NCBI GenBank assembly: GCA_016707005.1
Contig: JADJIQ010000001.1
Span: forward strand, 395,846-459,845
Source of the DNA: Ignavibacteria bacterium
Lineage (GTDB): Bacteria > Bacteroidota > Ignavibacteria > Kapaibacteriales > Kapaibacteriaceae
DNA length: 64,000 bases
Direction of reading: 5' to 3'
Shown here: one piece after another, positions 58,947 to 64,000 of the stretch
Numbering within the stretch: position 1 is the stretch's first letter
Layout: each line of letters starts with the position of its first letter
Program-made: the position numbers and the translations under genes
The notes under the pieces: model-generated
What the model saw: only the letters and a program-made list of their open reading frames with translations
Database searches by the model: none
What the model was told of the DNA's origin: nothing

Positions 58947-59127
58947 GCTCGCCTCACAAAATATGTCAAAAGTGACATATCGTCAAAACGTGATGATTGT
59001 ATTCTCCAGTAAGTGTCTTCATCGTCGAAGAACGTGACGAATGTCATTGAGACTCTCCTGATGGATAGATAGGTTTGAGAATCGGTCATAGAGGTCGACC
59101 TACGACCTCACTGAAACAGAGGCACCT

Positions 59128-59199
59128 ATGCTAAGGGTCATACTCATCATCTTTGTCGCAGCTGCTCTCATCATCGGCATCGCCTTTGTTTGGGGCTAG
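59128..59199 (+). pseudogene. 23-codon remnant of a paralog of the 61759 gene (N-terminal TM helix only)
   Basis: MLRVILIIFVAAALIIGIAFVWG* against MLKIIISIVVVAALIIGIVYAWGYY... at 61759, with 21 identical nt (AGCTGCTCTCATCATCGGCAT). Followed by the same heptamer array plus 25-nt motif that follows the full-length gene. Confidence 0.55.
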
Positions 59200-59202
59200 A
59201 TG

Positions 59203-59292
59203 AACAGCGAACACAGAACAGCGAACAGCGAACAGCGAACACAGAACAGCGAACACAGAACAGCGAACGTCATCCCGAGCGAAGTCGAGGGA
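59203..59292. repeat. tandem heptamer array (GAACAGC/GAACACA)x9 plus 25-nt motif CGTCATCCCGAGCGAAGTCGAGGGA
   Basis: GAACAGCGAACACAGAACAGCGAACAGCGAACAGCGAACACAGAACAGCGAACACAGAACAGCGAA then the conserved 25-mer at 59268-59292. Confidence 0.9.
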
Positions 59293-59435
59293 CAACGAGA
59301 GAGGGCGTAGAGACGAAGGGATAATGGGGCTGGAGACGCAACGCCATCTATGTTCGCCAACCTCGGGCAGAACATTCCATATATTCGAATTGATACTTTG
59401 AATAACTGATACATACATCCCTCCGGCAGGTCGAC

Positions 59436-59918
59436 ATGAAACGTGTTGTTGTTTCTATTGTGCTCCTTGCCTTCGCACTGCTTCTACCTTCTCGCATGTT
59501 GGCACAGTGGGTGTCAGTAGACGGACCATACGTAGACGCTGGTGGTGTCTTTGCGCAAGTTGGTTCGAATCTTTTCGTAGCTACAGAAAATTATGTTTTC
59601 CGCTCCACGAACAATGGTGATAGCTGGACACCCGTTAATAACGGTCTGCCAGAAGATGGGATTTATTCACTTTTAGGTGTTGGGACAAAACTTTATGCAG
59701 GCGCGGATGCTAGTTCGGGTTCACTCTATGTTTCCTCCGATAGTGGAGCAAGTTGGAAGATGTTAGATATGATGTATTTCAAAAGCGGAATCAAGCAACC
59801 TGTTGGGGACGTCATGTCTTTGGCTTCGCTGGGTGAAAATCTGTTCGTTGGTACATCATATGGCCTAGTGTTACGCTCGGATAACGAAGGCGACAGCTGG
59901 ACCTTGGTAAAAAGGTAA
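59436..59918 (+). CDS. BNR/Asp-box repeat beta-propeller protein, N-terminal part (signal peptide + first repeats)
   Basis: Signal peptide MKRVVVSIVLLAFALLLPSRMLAQ. SxDxGxSW motifs (STNNGDSWT, SSDSGASWK, SDNEGDSWT). Ends at a TAA created by an A5 run. Confidence 0.7.
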   Translation: MKRVVVSIVLLAFALLLPSRMLAQWVSVDGPYVDAGGVFAQVGSNLFVATENYVFRSTNNGDSWTPVNNGLPEDGIYSLLGVGTKLYAGADASSGSLYVSSDSGASWKMLDMMYFKSGIKQPVGDVMSLASLGENLFVGTSYGLVLRSDNEGDSWTLVKR

Positions 59919-59919
59919 T

Positions 59920-61590
59920 ATGTCATACTCCGTAACTCTTATGGCGCATGAGTCTACTCTCTATGCCGGTACTCATCGTGTTTGCTCATCAACAAATCAG
60001 GGGAATGATTGGACAGATAGTGGAAGTCTCCTCTCAAGAACTAGAGTTGTATCCTTTGCGAAAATTGCAACGCATCTGTTTGCGGCAACAAATGGGGTGG
60101 GGGTGATACATTCGCCCGACGATGGCATTACATGGGATACGGTAGACAATGGCTTACCTGATACTACAGTCAACACTCTCCTCGCAAGTGGTAATGCTCT
60201 GTTTGCGGGTACACGGTCAAGGGGAGTGTATGTCTCTTCAAACTATGGGGCGAGCTGGAGTCCTTCCAATAATGGTTTGACAGACACCACAGTTGCGTCG
60301 TTGATCGAGCATGGCAAGTATCTTTTTGCCTCAACGCCTAACCAGGGAATCCTCCGCTCATCTGATCAAGGTGCTTCATGGACAGAAGCCAATATTGGAT
60401 TTTCAGGCACATCTTTAGTTCGCTCCATACTGAGCAGGGGAGAATATCTTTTTGCTGGAACCGACAAGGGGGGTGCATACCGACATAATGGGGTGAATTG
60501 GCGTTCAACAAAGGTTGGTCTTCAAACTGAGTATGCCAGCTCTTTGGCGGTTCAAGACTCAGTCTTGTTTGTTGGAGTCTTTCGCGTGCAGGCTGCGAAT
60601 CAACGAGGTGGCGTATTCCGTTCCTCCGACGATGGTGATTCGTGGCGTCCATACAACACTGGCCCTAGCAGTGATGTTTGGAGCCTAGCCGTCAACGATG
60701 CAAATGTGTTCGCCGGAACGCAGATTGGTGTGTATCGTTCCACTGATTATGGAGATAATTGGAACGCTGCCAATGGCCCAATTAAAGGCGGAATGGGGAT
60801 AGAAATGAGATATCAGTACATCTTATCTCTCGCTTCTATAGGGACAACGATATTTGCGGGGGGAAATAGAGATGTCTTTGTATCTACAAACTACGGATCG
60901 ACTTGGAGTTTTGTGAGATTCAATGTACCCACGGACAGAATTAGGTCTCTGGCTGCTATTGGAACAAATATGTTTGCTACAACCGTTAACGGGGGAGTGT
61001 TTCGTATCTCAGGAAGCGGTGATACCTACACCGCGGAATCGGCTGGTCTATCTGGGAAGACCGTAAACTCTCTTGCAGTTAGTGGCACGAATCTCTTTGC
61101 AGGAACGGTTGATGGGGGAGTCTTTCTGACAACTGACATGGGTAAAACGTGGACGTCTATTAATGATGGCCTCCCTTATTCGTCGGTTACTGCATTAGCA
61201 ATACATAAAGGAAATCTATATGCGGGTGCAGCATCAATCGTCGAGTTCTGGCATGGCGCGGGTGTCTTTGTTCGCCCCCTTTCTGAGATTGTAACAACGG
61301 TAAATGAAACATCCGCAAGCGAGTTGACTCCATTGCTTCAATCTCAGAACTTTCCGAATCCCTTCACTAATGTGACAGACATTGAATTCACGTTGAGAGA
61401 ATCTGCACACGTTACCATTACGATCTACAATGCACTCGGTGCAATTGTGCAGACAATAGCGTCCAAGGAATTTCCGGCAGGTCACAACACTGCAACATGG
61501 GATGCATCCTCCCATGAAGTCGGTCTGTATTTCTATCGCATAATTGTTGGGTCGCAAAGTGAGACCAAGAGTCTCTTGATCATGCGTTAG
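59920..61590 (+). CDS. BNR/Asp-box repeat beta-propeller protein, C-terminal part with T9SS sorting domain
   Basis: At least 10 further SxDxGxxW repeats. C-terminal CTD FPNPFTNVTDIEFTL...GLYFYRIIVGSQSETKSLLIMR. Continuous with the 59436 ORF if one A is removed from the A5 run at 59909-59913. Confidence 0.75.
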   Translation: MSYSVTLMAHESTLYAGTHRVCSSTNQGNDWTDSGSLLSRTRVVSFAKIATHLFAATNGVGVIHSPDDGITWDTVDNGLPDTTVNTLLASGNALFAGTRSRGVYVSSNYGASWSPSNNGLTDTTVASLIEHGKYLFASTPNQGILRSSDQGASWTEANIGFSGTSLVRSILSRGEYLFAGTDKGGAYRHNGVNWRSTKVGLQTEYASSLAVQDSVLFVGVFRVQAANQRGGVFRSSDDGDSWRPYNTGPSSDVWSLAVNDANVFAGTQIGVYRSTDYGDNWNAANGPIKGGMGIEMRYQYILSLASIGTTIFAGGNRDVFVSTNYGSTWSFVRFNVPTDRIRSLAAIGTNMFATTVNGGVFRISGSGDTYTAESAGLSGKTVNSLAVSGTNLFAGTVDGGVFLTTDMGKTWTSINDGLPYSSVTALAIHKGNLYAGAASIVEFWHGAGVFVRPLSEIVTTVNETSASELTPLLQSQNFPNPFTNVTDIEFTLRESAHVTITIYNALGAIVQTIASKEFPAGHNTATWDASSHEVGLYFYRIIVGSQSETKSLLIMR

Positions 61591-61758
61591 CGGGTGGCCT
61601 CCACGGTTATTCCACTCGTACCTACCTCTCCACTTCGTGTCGTGGTTCCTTTAAAACGTGACAGATGTCATGGGCTATTGCTCCGGGTCGACGTAGATTT
61701 CACCACCAGTTGAACGTGATGAGTCATCACACCCGTGCGTGTTTATGCAGGAGGAGCT

Positions 61759-62589
61759 ATGCTGAAGATCATAATCTCAATTGTCGTTGTAGCTGCTCTC
61801 ATCATCGGCATTGTCTACGCATGGGGATACTATCGATGGGCAACGCGTACAGAATCGTTGCGCTCAAAGCTCTATGGAACAATGCAGAGCCCCATTCCCG
61901 CAACGTATGACCCACACGAGCTTGACAGTCTTCCGTCATGTGTGCAGCGATACCTGCGTTTGGTGCTTGTGCCTGGTCAGCCCATCATACGCGAGGTCTA
62001 CCTCGAGCATGAGGGAGAGATGGACATGTCGCAAGACAAGTGGGTACCATTCACCTCAAAGCAATACATCTCCACACGTGAGCCCGGTTTTATCTGGGAC
62101 GCGCGCATTGCTATGTTCCCCGGCATCAAGGCACACGTCCACGATGCCTTTGTAGATGGCAAGGGGCTCCTTCACGCCTCAGTGATCGGACTCATCACCA
62201 TGATGGAACAATCCGGCAGTGCCTTCGACTACGGCGAGTATCTACGGTGGTGTGCGGAGTCCGCGTGGTACCCAACCGCCATGTTGCCGAGTCAGGGGGC
62301 GTCATGGCAGCCCCTTACCGACACCTCTGCCCGTGTGACCTTCAAAAACGGATCGTTAACTGCCACCCTCACCGTCACATTCAGTCCAGACGGACTCATG
62401 AGTACCATCCGAGCCGAAGACCGCGGCAGGGAAGTGAACAGTCAGACCATCCCCACCCCCTGGGAAGGCCGATGGAGTAACTACATCCGCATGAACGGCA
62501 TGCTTGTGCCGGGTACCGGTGAAGTAGCGTGGATTCTGGAGGAGGGAAGGAAGGTGTATTGGAAAGGCCGAATAGCGAATAGCGAATAG
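61759..62589 (+). CDS. hypothetical N-terminally membrane-anchored protein
   Basis: N-terminal TM helix MLKIIISIVVVAALIIGIVYAWGYY, ~250-aa soluble domain of unknown function. Last 6 codons (RIANSE*) are encoded by the AGCGAAT array. Start at the internal ATG at 61759. Confidence 0.5.
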   Translation: MLKIIISIVVVAALIIGIVYAWGYYRWATRTESLRSKLYGTMQSPIPATYDPHELDSLPSCVQRYLRLVLVPGQPIIREVYLEHEGEMDMSQDKWVPFTSKQYISTREPGFIWDARIAMFPGIKAHVHDAFVDGKGLLHASVIGLITMMEQSGSAFDYGEYLRWCAESAWYPTAMLPSQGASWQPLTDTSARVTFKNGSLTATLTVTFSPDGLMSTIRAEDRGREVNSQTIPTPWEGRWSNYIRMNGMLVPGTGEVAWILEEGRKVYWKGRIANSE

Positions 62590-62681
62590 CGAATAGCGAA
62601 CAGCGAACAGCGAACAGCGAACAGAGAACAGCGAACAGCGAACAGCGAACAGAGAACGTCATCCCGAGCGGAGTCGAGCGA
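62568..62681. repeat. tandem arrays (AGCGAAT)x4 then (AGCGAAC/AGAGAAC)x9 plus 25-nt motif CGTCATCCCGAGCGGAGTCGAGCGA
   Basis: gccgaatAGCGAATAGCGAATAGCGAATAGCGAACAGCGAACAGCGAACAGCGAACAGAGAACAGCGAACAGCGAACAGCGAACAGAGAA then the 25-mer at 62657-62681. Uses the same words as the arrays at 38546 and 59203. Confidence 0.9.
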
Positions 62682-62780
62682 TTGTTTTCGTCTAGAGATA
62701 CAAGGTCCTTCTGGATGGAACGCACTAAAGCAATCCTTCTGATCCAACAATAACTGAACCTTCCCATTGTACTTGGCCCC

Positions 62781-64000
62781 CTATACCGCCTTCACCCCAA
62801 TGTCACGGAGATACTTATATGTGCCATCATAGAACGCGGGCTTGCGGGTAATGTCTTGCTCGGAGCCGTGGGGGACGCAGATTACCATGCCCTGGCGGGC
62901 GCGGGTGAGGAGGACGCGGTAGGCATTTAATTGGTAGGCTTGACGATCGGGGTGCTTGACGTTTGTCCACCGGTCGCCTCGGAATGAAAACTGCTGCCAA
63001 ACATTGCGAGTATTTGCGTGACGGAAGTCTGCATCCCATGCAATACATGTCCAGTCAAGCTCTAATCCCTGCACATCAAACTCTGTTGCAACAGTCTCAA
63101 GAAAATATGAGGAACGTACATCTTGCTTGGCGTTCAAGAACCAATGTACGGGGTTGATCTTTGACGTTACATCTATCGCATAGGGACGGAGCCGCTGCGC
63201 AGCACTCGATGCGAGTATCCCATACCGCTCACTACCACGAGCACGTTCTTTCACCCACTGCTTGGCAGCAGCAACATCGCGTGTTACGACTATGGGGAAG
63301 CTCTTCTGTATTTGAGCAAGTAGCGTCGATGCCTCGGTGTCGAAACGAAGAAGCGCATTTACAAAGCCGGACACAGACTCGGAACGAAACGACCGCACGG
63401 ATGCAGACAGATGGAGCGCAGGCATGTGTGTAAACACGCCGCGCTGAGTAAGATCTTCAAGGGGCTCGTGTGTTCCACTCTCACTCAATGCGAGATGCGA
63501 TGACGCATACACCTTCCAGTTATGGAAGCGAGATCTACACGCCTCAAGCCACGCCGCAATGCCGGCCTCCCCACGGTTGATCTCTTGTCCATTGCCAACC
63601 AGACAAACTATCACTGCCCACTCGTGGTGACGGTCCATGCAGGAAATGAGAAACTCGGGCTCGGAATGATCAAAGTCTTTTACGCCCTTCTTGCTCGACA
63701 TAAACCGCTTCGTCATCTCCCTGTTCCACGCACGCTGCGCTTCGTCGAACACCACGATCTGTTCTGCAGGAGGCTCCTCGGAATGCACTCCTTCGTCACG
63801 GAAGTGGTGAACATTTTGAATAAAGGACTTAACGCTATGCTCAGCCGACTTCTTTGTCTTCCTCTCACCTCGTTCCTTAGCCTGCCGAACAGCATCACGC
63901 GTCAGCGCCTCGCGTAAAACGGCTACGAGTGGGGCATTACCGGAGAGATACACGCAGTGTTGCTTTGTTTCTTTGTCGATGGAAGTTGTTGCAAGATCGA
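62781..64000 (-). CDS. DUF2075-like (Schlafen-related) P-loop NTPase, C-terminal portion; gene continues beyond window edge
   Basis: Walker B IVVFDEAQRAWN, downstream LAYRVLLTRARQGMVICV motif. The reading frame stays open from 63953 to the window end (...IDKETKQHCVYLSG...). Confidence 0.55.
   Translation of the reverse strand, partial: DLATTSIDKETKQHCVYLSGNAPLVAVLREALTRDAVRQAKERGERKTKKSAEHSVKSFIQNVHHFRDEGVHSEEPPAEQIVVFDEAQRAWNREMTKRFMSSKKGVKDFDHSEPEFLISCMDRHHEWAVIVCLVGNGQEINRGEAGIAAWLEACRSRFHNWKVYASSHLALSESGTHEPLEDLTQRGVFTHMPALHLSASVRSFRSESVSGFVNALLRFDTEASTLLAQIQKSFPIVVTRDVAAAKQWVKERARGSERYGILASSAAQRLRPYAIDVTSKINPVHWFLNAKQDVRSSYFLETVATEFDVQGLELDWTCIAWDADFRHANTRNVWQQFSFRGDRWTNVKHPDRQAYQLNAYRVLLTRARQGMVICVPHGSEQDITRKPAFYDGTYKYLRDIGVKAV

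Noticed and set aside
51661-59435. Accessory patch considered as a prophage or integrative element
   Set aside because: No integrase, transposase, phage structural gene or flanking tRNA/att-like direct repeat was found. tRNA-Ser/Leu are 16 kb away. Left as an island of unknown origin.

Overview
This is a 64 kb chromosomal window from a GC-rich (~57%) bacterium that looks like a member of the Bacteroidota/FCB group. The evidence for that assignment is three candidate TTG / TAnnTTTG sigma-A-type promoters, four proteins with type IX secretion (T9SS) C-terminal sorting domains, and very few canonical intrinsic terminators. The backbone is housekeeping genes: tilS, dus, mreBCD, smc, aspartokinase, rpmE/rpsR, a queG-like gene, prs, rplY, a long-form ispG, pgk, gap, ruvC, yebC, recJ, rsgA, ppk2, nuoD, trmH and alaS, plus three tRNAs (Gln-UUG, Ser-CGA, Leu-CAG). 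Interspersed accessory content includes a large YD/RHS-repeat protein locus (a TPR-LuxR regulator, a 1416-aa RHS protein, and a small co-operonic YD-repeat+T9SS-CTD protein). There is also a roughly 7.5 kb accessory patch after alaS carrying two type II toxin-antitoxin pairs (RHH-ParE and HigB-HigA-like), two DUF1801 genes, a GyrI-like protein, a VOC protein and a TPR-adenylate cyclase. The most unusual sequence-level signal is a family of at least 12 intergenic tandem arrays of 7-12 nt words (AGCGAAT, GAACAGC, TAGCACAC, GTAACCCC, AGTTACN, TTATGAC, CGTCATAC and others). They sit almost exclusively immediately 3' of stop codons. The same words recur at loci up to 40 kb apart, and some arrays are joined to a conserved 25-nt motif, CGTCATCCCGAGCGNAGTCGAGGGA, present three times. 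Two long genes (ispG and a BNR-repeat T9SS cargo gene) are split across two reading frames, the latter by a +1 shift in an A5 tract. A 23-codon remnant of a paralogue of the 61759 gene sits at 59128. No CRISPR array, rRNA, integrase or transposase was seen.
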